A stretch of DNA of 62,900 bases, the filler included, from Choristocarpus tenellus KU-1152 (taxonomy: Eukaryota > Protista > Phaeophyceae), in NCBI GenBank assembly GCA_964200185.2. It is 9 parts of 9 records of this genome, joined end to end, with 100 filler letters (N's around TTAATTAATTAA, not from the genome) between each part and the next. Parts side by side here need not be neighbours in the genome. Positions count along the whole stretch, not along the records: positions 1 to 12,966 come from CAXNAD020001631.1; positions 13,067 to 29,544 come from CAXNAD020000823.1; 7 more parts are not named here. One strand, given 5' to 3'. The notes below the pieces were generated by a model that did not search any database, was not told the origin of the DNA, and saw only the letters and a list, made by a program, of their open reading frames with translations. Position numbers and translations under genes: made by a program. Shown here in pieces: positions 12,536-25,400 of this stretch (positions within the stretch are counted from its first letter, which is position 1; each line of letters starts with the position of its first letter).

Positions 12536-12890
12536 CTGGACTGCTTTCCCGACTCCCTACGGCGGGAGGATGAACAGATAGAGTGTGTGGTCCTGAAGTG
12601 GATGAACGGGGAAATAAGACGGTTGAAATGAATGCTGGGGAAGAGTGCGCAACTAGTGTGATGATCGCCCATGGAGTGATTATCTGTCCCAGTAGAACAT
12701 TGGTATCTCAAATATTTGACAAAATGAGAGGTTGTGGGATCGAATCCCGACTGGACTGCTTTCATGACTCCCTACGGTGGGAGGATAATCAGTTAGAGTG
12801 CGGTCCTGAGATGTACGAAAGCGCAAAAGCGAAGGTTGAGATGGCAGCTAGGGAAGAGTGCTCGACTAGTGGGGTGATGGCCCATGGATT
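12536..12890 (+). repeat. Two ~140-bp direct repeats about 215 bp apart
   Basis: ctggactgctttc..gactccctacgg.gggaggat..actagtg.g.tgat.gcccatgga at 12536-12678 and 12751-12890. Confidence 0.75.
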
Positions 12891-13472
12891 ATACGCTGGA
12901 TTAGCTTGTTCAATTAGACTCTTCCAACTCTATCGGACAGTTACGGTAAAATATGTATGGAGTAATNNNNNNNNNNNNNNNNNNNNNNNNNNNNNNNNNN
13001 NNNNNNNNNNTTAATTAATTAANNNNNNNNNNNNNNNNNNNNNNNNNNNNNNNNNNNNNNNNNNNNCCCCCCTTTCAAAGTGTGTGTGTATTTGTTTGTT
13101 TCTTACCAATGCCGGGAGGAGGAACAATTTCTCTTTTTTTTTTTTCTTTTGTATTTTTCTTTATATTTATTTTTTATATTTCTTTTGTATTGCATGCAAA
13201 AGAATATAGTTTCAACAAGAACCCAATACACATTACGGGGAAAGCAAACACAGCTTGATTGCAAAGCATCACGAAATATGTCTTCAACAGAATTTCCAGC
13301 AATAGCAGAGATCCATGGCCTCCGTAAAGTGAGGACCAAGAATGCAAACCCCATCTATGAGAATCAACTTCATCTTCCCCACCACTCCGCCTTCAACATG
13401 TTCTATCTCAAGCTATCTCTTCATCTATCTCTGCTCTGCATTGTCGATATTCACGCTGCTCATTATCCCAAG

Positions 13473-16400
13473 TTGGCCATGGCAAAGCCTTCGGAGATTC
13501 CTGCCCTGCTCCCGGGCTTGCTCAGCTGCATTCGCATGATGTGGTCACTGAGCAAGTTCTACAACACGGAGGAGCGGCTGACGAGCCTATTACGGAAAAT
13601 CTCTAATGAGGTGTGCCTGGTAACTAGATCAGGGGAAAAGGGACCAAACAAAGTAGAGTCAGAGGGAGAAATATAGGAAGTTGAGCCTGAGGCAGCAACA
13701 CTTCAAATGTATTGGTACTATTGGAGTTGTGGGGGGTCTTATTATAACTTTTTCAAGGTGTAGAATGACATTACAGTCTTGAAGCACTAACTGGTCGTTT
13801 ATGAAACTCCAGCGGAATATAGGACTTGGATTGTCTCTGTGCAATACCAGATATGTTGAAACAATATGTATGAACTATAGTACCCAGCAGGGGGGAGGGG
13901 TGGAGTCTCAACACTGGCAAACTATAAGTAATTCATACCTAAAAAATGGAGATAGTGGATAACAGGCAAGAGGAAGGTATATATGCACGTGTTGGTTATA
14001 AATCACCCCTATACCTAGAACAACCTCTGCAATATTGAGGTTTTAACTTATACTGGGTCAAAGTGAACGAGGGGTACCCAGAGTTGCGTTTTAAGGATGC
14101 TGACAGCTATGTGGAAAATTCGGATATTGAAAAAATATGTACATGTTTTATTTTTTTTTTATGTTCTGTCCGAAAGTCTCAAGCAAATAGAGAATCCAAT
14201 GCTCTCAAGTCGAACTTATCCCTTGACCAACAGAAACACGGCTGAATAGGAAAAGATTGAAAAACTGACTTAAAATGTAAAACGAAAAAAAACAACCCTG
14301 GGTACCTCTCGTGTACGTTGACTCTCTGGGGTTCATCCCACCAATCCATCTGCAAGACCTTCACAAAACCAATGCGTGGCTGGGTAGAAATTTGTTTCAC
14401 ACCATAGCATGGCTTCATGAAATGAATTTTGGTAAGGTTTGTGCTTCTTCTTGCAATCAAGAAGAGGAGAGACTGTGGTCTCGAGGTCAGACTCTGTTGT
14501 TCAACCATTAGCCGTTTGTGCCCCCTCCTACTTTGGGGGCAGATCATCCATCGATGTTGTGCGGAGATCAGCTTAAGTGACATCTTCAATGGCAATGTCG
14601 AGTCGGCAATGTCGCTTCTCAACGAGTCAAGGGCCTGTGGTATGGAGTGGAAAGCAGTGTATCGTAGAACTGCATCCTTGATCAGGCGGAACACCCCAGA
14701 TCCATCAAGGCATTGGGACTTCGACGACGCATCAATATTTGCACAGGTGCTACATGATAGGGGAGGGGGGGTGGCTCATGTTTGTGATACGTCAGAGATG
14801 CTAGGATTTCATTCCGTATGTCATCGGATATATGAACACCCGGAAGTCATCGGACTGAAATGGTTCCAACATTCGAGGGCAATGGCGTATTGAAAAAAAA
14901 TAGCTTGCAAGAACATTGAGCTCTTCTGAGCTTGGAGGCGTTTTTCCATGGTAGGGCATGTGGATTTCTTGGTCTCTTCATTGAAGCGCAAGGGTTAGTT
15001 TATCAAATTGTTTGGTGGACTCCAATTAGTATATCTACAACAGTTTATGGTTTTGAAGTCTAACCCTATGTACAAATCAGATGTACAGCCCTTGTGCCCA
15101 TGGTTAAATCGATCACCAGTTTCAGAATTTATCAATCATTGTATGTAGACCCATTCCCCGAAAAAATACTTCCATCTTACATTTAACTCAATGAAAAGAC
15201 TTGCTCAAGGCTCGAAGAATGTGGATACATGTAGAGACTTTGCAAGGCATTTATAGCATGAGTGTTTAAAGGAACCCTCCATTGTTGGGCACATCATTGC
15301 TCACCCGTGACATGCTTTCCATCATGGCAAGTATCAATCTGCCATTCTTTTTAATGCATCCCTCGTTTTCGTTGCTCACTTTGACAGATTGATGCATTTG
15401 TTCAGCGCTGCTCAGAGCTGCTTGAGGTGTGTGAGGGACAAATTCAGTTTTCAAGAAAGAGTGCAGCCACAAAAGGGCAGCCAGGACCTCTTCCAGAGTT
15501 TGGGGGCACCCGAGGACAAGAGGTGGGATCCACAAGGATAACGTAGTAATAGCAACACGTGGGACACAATCGTACCCTAGAGAGAGCTGGACAGTGTCAA
15601 CGGTACGGCATATGTTGCATTTGTGTCAGGAGAAAATAGGATGAATAAAGTATATTTTGTAGGTTTTGAAATGTCAGTTCTCCGTACTACCAATTGCGAA
15701 GAGCCATGCGATCCATCCAATTTCTTAGATTTGAGAAATTGGATTGATGAAGTGGCATTGCAAAGAGTGCACAACTTACTATAGATAGAGAGCACCATCA
15801 TAATGCATTCTTTTTATTAGGAGAACGCCACATCTTTCATAAATGCCTCCTGTTAGATGGTGCATTGCTCTGGCCATGAACATCACCCCCACCATGGAGT
15901 GCTGTGTTGAAGAAAAAGGACTGTTCCTTCCTCTCTTACCCACATCGCTTTTATTTTGAAGGCTGGTCTTGATCTTGCTCGATGGTCCTAACTTCAATTT
16001 TTGTGTCCCTTGTTGACCTCCTGGACTAGCAGTGTACCCACTAATATTTCATTTTGTTCTTTGATCAAGGCCTCATCCTCTGAATCTTTCATGGTTTGTC
16101 CTTTGCTGCAGGTCACCAAAGCCCTCCTAGGAATTCAAGCATCTTTTGAGGGTCAGATAGAAAAGCTTCGTAACCTTGACTATGCAGTGTTGGATGTCAA
16201 GACATCTCGGTGGCACAACGACTACAACTCCTTTAAGAATGTAGTCAAGGATCTCGAGGTGAAATAGGGGGCAAAAATGGGTCTCTTTCGTATTATTTTC
16301 GAGTTTCATAGAGAACTATCATCGCATACATGTGCCACTTACTCTAGAAGCCATTTCTAATGGTAGATTATACTTCACGGAATGTATCATTGCTTGAAAA

Positions 16401-19400
16401 TATGGTTCATGTCTGTCATATCCAGAGTTGGCGACTAGACTGTGCCCTTGTCTATCGCAGGAATGAACCTCTATTTGTTAAGTTTGTTTTATTAGGACAT
16501 ACAATATTGTTTATTGTGTCGTACCAAGAATGATCATAAGTTAAAATATTAGCAAAAATATCATGCAAAAAATAAACTGTTTTCTACCATTGAATAGAAT
16601 CTGTAGAACTTTAAAGCATTGGCTATCATACATACAATGGAACTACTTGAAGTTTGTTGGAAATAATGATGATGATATCAACAGTGCATAAACCAAGAGA
16701 GAAATGCATTGTAGGTGATGTTGGACCTAGCGAAAAAGAAGGATCTGGCCTACAGCATCTCTGACCTTGTTTATTCTTGATGCTAACCTAGGGGAGACTC
16801 TCTTTCTTATCTTTCCTGATGCTTGTTCGTGCACGTTCGGGGATAGACACTATCGCTTGATAGAATAGTGACCTGTGCGATTTGTAATGATTGAGACAAC
16901 AACCTTCATTACCCTTTGAAAATGCAGGTATTGTACACAAACGTGATCAACACAGGGTTTGAGGGTATCACAAGAATAACAGATGCTGTGGCGCTGCTAG
17001 AGGTTTTCTACACACTTGCACGGCGAGATGCCATAAAGCAGACCTGTCTCAAGAAAACAGCAGACACATACCTCCAATTCATTAGGTTTGTTAGGGTATC
17101 TGATCGGACAGTTAAAGGTACACCCCTTCGGTTGATATCGCAACATTTATTAGAAATTTTCTTCTTTCAAAATTGAAGAAAAGCTTTCTTCACCTTGTAA
17201 CCTGCAGCTACCATTTGTGAATGTAATTTGACTCCGAATCTGCTTGCTTTGCTTCCCAATCGTCCCCTCCTATTGACTTGGTTTGTGCCCCTTGTCTCCT
17301 ACAATACAGTCTCTTCTGCTCTGTCCACATCACCTCTTCTGCCTGTTTAGATACATTGAGGGTCTTCGTCACGAATTTGATGAGAAGCGGCGCAGTCCAC
17401 CCCTCCGCCCCAATGAGCCATGGTTTGCAGGATCTGCATTGTGGGCACATTCTCTCGCGCGCCTGGTTGAGGAGAGTTGGGCACACCTCAAGAACTGCAA
17501 GTACATGGCAAGGTGAACTCAATCATAAGATGCTATGCATTTTGAGGATTGGCATGCACCTGTCGAAGTGGAGTTTCTGGATGCAATGAGATGTCAGATC
17601 TGCTATGGCCTTTGTTAGGCAGAGAAAGTACGCCAGAGAGAGAGCAGTGTTGTAAACTTTGCTTTGACCTTGGGGGCAGGATAGACTGAGAAGCTTCAGT
17701 CTTTCAATCAACACACTGCATCAGAGGATTGAGTAAGGTCTGCAAGAAGAGTCAAAGAGAGCACTTGCAGTCAGGAATCTCTAGTACAAAGACTTCTCTC
17801 TTGTTTTCATTATCCCATGATAAAGATTGCAGGTGTGAACATGCCTTCCCAATGTGGGGGAGGTACTCTTGAGGGCATCTGCTAGTGCAAGGTGCTGCAG
17901 GGTGACTGCTTGGATTACTATTAGGACTCTGCCTTGCTCCAGACTGTAATGAAAATCGTGGGCTCTACCAACCATGCACCCAGAAAGTTACATTGTATGT
18001 TTTTTCCTCACTCCTGGAAGATTGTAAACCTAGGTAACTCACTTCCACAATTCTCCTTGCTAGCACGAATACCATTCTTCACTTCTCACATCTTTTTGAT
18101 TGATACTTATTAGGTCCCTTGTCTCTGATGAGGCTGAGATGAGCCTAGGTCTTAGTGCTGTCAAGGAGGCGGAGGCTGCATACAATGTGTTTGTCACTGT
18201 CATTGCTGACTTCAAGAACAACAGGTGGGAGATGTATGATGTCTAGACTAGCCCTGGACAGTAAGCTGCTGTCGATCACTCTCCAAAGTACCATATTAGT
18301 TGGAGGAGAGCAAAAACGTTGATCAAAATATGTCAGATCATGATAGGAACATAATTCAACTTTAAATGGGTAGTTGTTCATGATTTCCACATTAGAACAT
18401 CATTAGTAGCATTGACTGTTTTCAAGACGAATAGTGCTTTGAAGCATAGATTTGAGTGTTGACCAGATAGCAATTATGGTAGTATGTACTACATAGTAAA
18501 AAAAATAGAATTGAGAAAACTTGCTAGGGATAGCAGAACAAGTATGTCCTACTAAAGAATGTAAAACTTAGGCTGTCCATTCTCTTGCCAAGAAAAGCAG
18601 TAAGCTGATATTGCATGATCTACTATTCCCCAGGAAAAGCTGGCTAGGGTTAGGGGGTACAGATGAATGTCGAAGAGGTTTTTTCGCTGTTGATGTTTTT
18701 TTTGGTTGGGACTATGTGGATGGCACCCTCGCAGTCCAACTGCAGTTTCTTGTAGCCAGCTCTTGGTGGAAATGCCACAATTGTGAAGTTCTTGCTCATC
18801 AAACTGTCTCAAAGATCGAATGGATGATAGAGTATACCAGAAGATCCTTTTGTCGTCACTATACATGCTCTGTATATCGTGCTCTAGCAGCCTACTTCTC
18901 CACCCCTACCTCATGATCACCCTGACTCTGTCCCAAAGTTTGATTATGATCAAGAAGCGAAGGTCCCCGATGGAATCTCACCTGTACACATGATGTGCAT
19001 CCTGTGCCTTCTGCAGGTATCAGGCATGGGTGGATCATCTGAACACCCTTATCGAAAAGGATCCTCTCCCTAGCCGTCTGGATGTGCCTCTCCTGCGGCG
19101 AGTCACGGCAGAGTTTAACCAAGTCCAAACTCAGATGCAAGGGCAGCCTGTTGTAGCAGGCGTCCCCAATCCTCAAAATGGAGGCAAGGGGATGCATGGG
19201 TATCAGGTGGGAGATGAAAGCGTTTGGCAAGGGATATATTGAGTATCTGGTATAAAATTGATGCCTTGGATGGACTCTGAACAATGTCTTCTCAGGAACA
19301 AATCATTGTGAGTTGTAGCAATTCGATTCAGCCGATGGTTTGCGCGGAATTCAAAACGACCCGAAGTAGCATTGATGGGAAACACGAACTGTACTCAAGC

Positions 19401-22400
19401 ATAATGTAAACATCTAATGCAAATGAATTGCCTTCAGTGCAAGGCATTGCAGTCACCCTAATTATTTTTTATATGGGAGACAGCTTCAAGTTTAGAGTGA
19501 GCTCTTCGACCTCAGAACCCTATGACCCTGTGAGGACGTGGTGGACCCAGATATCTAAGCAAAAGGCGCTGATTTGCAGCAAACTCTTGATCATATTCCT
19601 CAACAGTCTTTATTTCTTAGGTATATCTCTTGTTGGTTTGCCTGCTGATAAGGTTTTAGATTCTTGTACTTCTTTCTTTAACGATCTGATACATGCTTTG
19701 TGGAGTTAACAGCACCAGAACTGACCAGTAGTGATGATCCCAGGGTCGAAACTATTGAAGGTACCTAGGTAGTAAAAAGGAGTCCTTGGATGGGACGGAT
19801 GTGTATTGAAGGGGGTGAGCATACTCCACCACTGTGTGCGGCACAATGCTTCAAAGTGCCTTCAAAGTATGTTTTTTTTTGTCACGAAGGATTGGGAAGG
19901 ACAGAATGGAGAGGAGCCGTGACCAAACCCCTCCAGCTATCACTCACACTTGGAAAATGATTTTCAACATTTTTGGCACTACGATCCATGTTTGTCCAAT
20001 TAATTCACTTGAGGACCACAACATTGAAAAAGTAATGCTTGGACTATTGCTGATCTAGACGCTACTTCACTTCTCACCCGTTGCTCGTGTGTATATGACT
20101 CTTTCATACCTGGTCAGTACCTTGCTTGCAACTTTGACACAGAGTTGCTGTCTCTGTTCACGGAAGTCAGTTCTTGGGAGAAATTCCAGGTGAGGTCGGT
20201 GCACATTACTACGAAGAAGAAAATTAGTGTGAAAATCAATCGTCTTCCGATTATAGCAAGGTTGACTTCGACATAGCTTTTTCCTCTGAGGTGTACGAGG
20301 ACTGAGGAATGCTCTTGATGTTCGATTCTGGTTGTAGGTAATGCTGTAGCCTGTCTCCTTTCTCGATCAAAGTAGCAGTTTGATGGTGGTTCAAGAAGTC
20401 CAATAGGCTTCCAAATATGTTGGCAGCACAATCCGAGAGCCAGTAGGGTCCTTGGAAATATCTTGCACTTGCGAATAAAAATTAATTATTTTTCTTGCGC
20501 AGAAGGCGTGCGACATATATCAACAATTTGACAGACCCTCCCACGAGGTGCAGGCATCCATTGCACGTTTTGCAATGCCGTAACACATCCACAATGCATC
20601 CACCGCATGGTGCTGTTTCTTCATTTTTTCTTCTGTCTTAAGCTCTCTACAAAGAGTGAAAGTATCTTAGAGTGTACGAGTTTTGCCCTATTTGTCCGTT
20701 TGGGGCTTGACTTCCCATGTTTTTTTTTAATTGCATTTTCCTACTACAAAAGGTTTCGGAGTAGGCAACATGTATACGTTATGAAAAGGTGTGTCCGGAA
20801 CAAGGACATTGATGCTTCCTAACAAACACGATAGCCAAAATTACATAGAATTAATTCACAACGTTGGATTTTGGCTCCCAAGTGGACGCGGCTCTACCCT
20901 CTAAGATACTTTGAATCAACTGCCTTCTCGCAACATCTTCTATAACTGCACTCCAGGGTGAGTTCTCAGTACCATATGTGGCACATGATATATGCAACCA
21001 AAGGGAGAAGCTACGGGCTCAGCGAGAGCACATCATGCTGGTGGTACGGGCATATAACAGTGAGTCCTCCAGTGTGTGATTGGTTTCTTACATATGGCAC
21101 AACCTCATCCTAAGTTTTGAGTGGGGGTAGTGATACACCAGTTGCTTACCCTAAGCCAGAACCCAAACCTAACCCTAACCCTAGCCCTAACCTTCGTAAA
21201 TTGTATACTTCAAGCTGCTTTGGGCTATATGATGAAGGACACCTAATCCTTAGGCAACACATTACTGATTCTGTATCATTATGGAAGACATGCACTACAT
21301 GATTTGAGGTTTCAGACAAGACGAACAATGTGAACAACCTATTGCCCTGGTCAACCAGTGGGAAATCCTCCTGCCCTTCACCTGTGATGCATGCTCCCAC
21401 ACTGCAAATATACTATATATGATCCAAAGTACTCCATTAATGAATTCTCCTATTTGCACGTTCAGATACAATCCACTTCGAAGCATTAATAATAGAAAAT
21501 GTTATTTGTTGTAGTTGCAGATTTACTTCCTCCATTTCATCATTACCCGCCTCTACATGGGGTTACAATAACACTTTCTCGTGAAATACAAAAAATTATG
21601 ATCCATCCGTGATGAGAGCTGTTGATCCAGGTGACCCATAGCACATAAGAGGGTAGGAGGTTTGCACTGCTTGTCTGTTCGGGGCTTGGCTTCCCACTGT
21701 TTTTTAGTACCCTTTTTCGATTTTGGGAACATTTCGGAGGTTTAATGTATACAACTATGAAAGGTGCGTCCGGAGCAAGGATATTGACACTTGCTAATAA
21801 GCACGATAGCCAAAATTCCATCTAAGCCGCAAGTTGCATTTTGGACCCCAAACAGACACAACCCTACCCTCTTAAAGGCTTTGACTCAGGTATTCTCCTT
21901 TAGAATATAACAGGAGTCTTCTGTCACGCCATTACATTTATATAACTCCCTTTTTTTCGCCTCTTGGTCCCAGGTATACTTGATGAGCTCATGCCCTCAG
22001 AGCGCAAGCTTTTTGCAGATAATATCCGCCGACTGGACAAGCGCATCCTTCAGGGTATGACCAAGCTCACCTGGAGCTCCAAAGGTAGGAGCTGGGTCGT
22101 TTGTGGATATCTACACATTTATAACCTGCTTGCAATTTGTTAAGGTTGCAGTACCACTTTGCATAGAATCAGATAGAATTGGGATAAAGGTAATCAGGTA
22201 AGAAGGTGAACATTGAGTATAAACGCCTGTTGGTCCTAGTTCGGGGAACTCCGAGAGATTGCACAGGGTCTTGAGCACACACGAAATAGATGGTAGACAT
22301 TATACTTCGCATGAGCTGTGGAGATTACCCTGTACAGAAGTGTTTTGTTCAAGGTCAGAGTGCTCCGATGGGAAACAAAAATAATATTTCCGTTGCCAAG

Positions 22401-25400
22401 CCACACTCAACTTATTCAACCCCAAATTACTGTGTCATTAAGTCCCCAATAAGGGATACGTTTGCCAGCACATCACCATACTAAGCAAGCAATGTTTCGT
22501 TCACGATCTGCTTCGCTTTGCTTCCCTCCAACACGGCAGGCATAGTTGAGTACTATGTACGGGACTGCTGCACCCACGCAGCAGAGACCCGTGAGCTTGT
22601 TCGTGGAATTCATCGTCAAAAGGAGGCAGTGGACCGTCAGTGTCGACTCCTCTCTCAGCTGCAACTGACAAAGATAGACAAGACTGTGGTATATGACGAT
22701 CAGGTTTTCAGTCAGAAGCAAGCAGACCACTGTATCCAAGTCCGTCAAAAAGTGAGAGCAACAAAAACAACAACAACAAAAATTTGCTGTAGTGTATAAT
22801 GTGGCATCAGGCACGAGGGAAATCAAGAAGAGTGGAAGGGGGTTGGAATGTTGATGGAATCTGTGGAAAAGACTGGGGAGTGGGATCAACATGTTGGAGA
22901 ATTTTGGTAGGTGGTTCTATTTCGCACTTCTGAGCCACAAGCAGGTTTGAGAGGAGTTTGTGGTAAAGTTGGCTTTAGGGAGGTGTATTGAGGGGGAGGG
23001 GAGTTTGATTGTGGTGCTTCTGTAGGTCAGCTTATATGTAAAGAGAGTCTGTACAGTGGCGGCTCATATAATGAGTTGGCAAAAGATGATGTCAATATGG
23101 CCCGTTGATTGATGATGTAATAGTTTATTCACAATGATCACTTTGGCAACGTAAATACATATATACATATTTACAAGTACGTAGATACATAGATACATAG
23201 ATACATAGATACATAGATACATAGATACATACATAGATATATACATATATATATATACATACCACTCAACAATCTCTTTCCATGCACAGATATTGTTGAG
23301 GAACTGCATCATCACAATGGACACTACCTTGCCTCTTGTTCCACTTGTTCTCTCTATTCTAATTCTAGATGAAAATGTTCCATGATCACATCATGTGTTC
23401 TATGAAAGAGATCTATTCATGTTTCATGGACGGATCCAGTGAAGTCAAGCGCGAGTGGCGGTCTTTAGTGGGACAGACTGATAGCAGTGTCGAGGCAAGG
23501 AAAAGAGCAAGGGTGTTGGAAGAACGAAGAGGCAACATCTCTCAAACATCCAATATTTATGACTTGCAGGATCTTGAGAATTTGAAGAGCTGAAAGCATA
23601 TTTTTTTTTCGTATTTGTTTATCAGCCCCTGTAATGACATTGCTGATCATAGGACAACACACTACTAGCTGAGTAGAGGATATTTTTCATATAGATTGTG
23701 CTTTTTAGTTCATAGTATCCTAGTGGGGGAGTTAGATGCCCATAAGGGGTCCTCGTGACCTTGAAGTGATTTCATGTATCTGGAGTGAACGGGTCAGTTG
23801 TAAGGGCAATTTTCTTCGTCTGGATGCAACCTCCTTTTCTATCCCCCTGCCTGGACCAAATCCAAAGTAAAATCATCCTCAACATGGGCATCGAACTGGG
23901 GTGTAATACAGCACCTCACTTAGACCCTAGTAGACTACCTGGTCTAACCACCCCACTCTCTAGGATACTATGGGCCTTTATGCAATCGTATATAACCCTG
24001 TTGTCATTAGGATACGATGGAAAGGGAGAAATATCCCTTCGACACTAACTCTTTGACTTGTTTCTTTGTTTTGAGTGTCGGTAGTACTGATTTGTGTAAG
24101 AGGTACAACAAGTTGGATAAGGCAGCACATGCCCTTGCTGTTTTTTCGCAGCTGCCACTCCAGGCAATTCTGAGTCATGCCCCACAATTGAACATCTGTC
24201 TTATCACAAGGACTATGATAGTAGTCCATGCATCCTTCTCAGAGAAAAAAGAATAACGGTGTGGTTCCCTTCCCTCACAGGCTGCCCTTCGCAACACAGT
24301 GAAGAAATCATTGCAGGAGCTATCCCATGCGATCAATGGAGATGCAAAGACTGAGCCACAAACCCTCTTCAAGGTTTGTCAACGAGCACAAGAGTATTAA
24401 GTCCTCAACAAAATACCAAGTAGTACTTCCAAGGACTTGTCAACGACATTCAGTCTCCTGCAGGGCCTTCGTTGGGTGGTGCAATGGGAGGAGGATCAAT
24501 CCACATTCCCTCCGTCCATTGCAACAGCCTAAGCAAAAATATACTGCAGATTGATCTGAACATGCCCAGTAAGGGGCAATATTAGCAGGAGGGTATTTTC
24601 CTGACCCATTCAAATCCTGCACATACATTATTGCCTGCTTTGGGTTATTTTGCTGATATGCTCTACATGTGTACAACAGAGTCCGATCTATGGGATTTTG
24701 GCTTTGTTATTCTGCTATTGTTGTACTTCCTACATCAATGGCCACATGATACGGCCATATAGCAAGCTGCATGTGTTTGATGACAGTGCATATGTTAACT
24801 GCTCAGAGTACTGTCTACATGGTCTACTGCTTTCTCACCCTCAAAATCAGTGGAATTTCTCCTAGTGAGTATCCACATGGGAAGGTTATACCTTCTAATG
24901 ATAATGATTTTGGAGTTGACTCAATTCCCAACCTAACCACCAGGTGAATATCGTCCTAGAAGGGTCAAGGGTGGACTACCGACCAACGATGATCAACCTT
25001 ACACATGTCATCAACATTGTGGCCAAGGAAATGATGAGTACTATAAGTGTTGTGCCCAGACTGCGGGGTGTGCTATGTGATCCCAAAAAGGTTTCACAGG
25101 CTGCAGCAACCGGGGCAGATGGGGAGCCAGTGGTTGAGACTGAGGCAGCACAAGCCCAGGTTCGATGTTCATGTTCTACTCCAGAAACAATGAGGAGGTA
25201 TATTCAGTGATTTTCGGGCGTTAATTGTGTTCTTACCATATGTGAGAGGCAATGGGGCAATTACACCTTCGATGGACAAGATTTCATAGGGAATCGGGGA
25301 CAAATATTTGGTTTAAAAAATCCATTAGTACCTGCATGATACAAGTGTTGCTACTCACCCTTGGCACAGTACACCAGTGAGTGCATTCAATTCTTCATAT

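Noticed and set aside
21149-21192. Telomere or chromosome-fusion site
   Set aside because: Only a few degenerate CCCTAA units inside a dynein intron.
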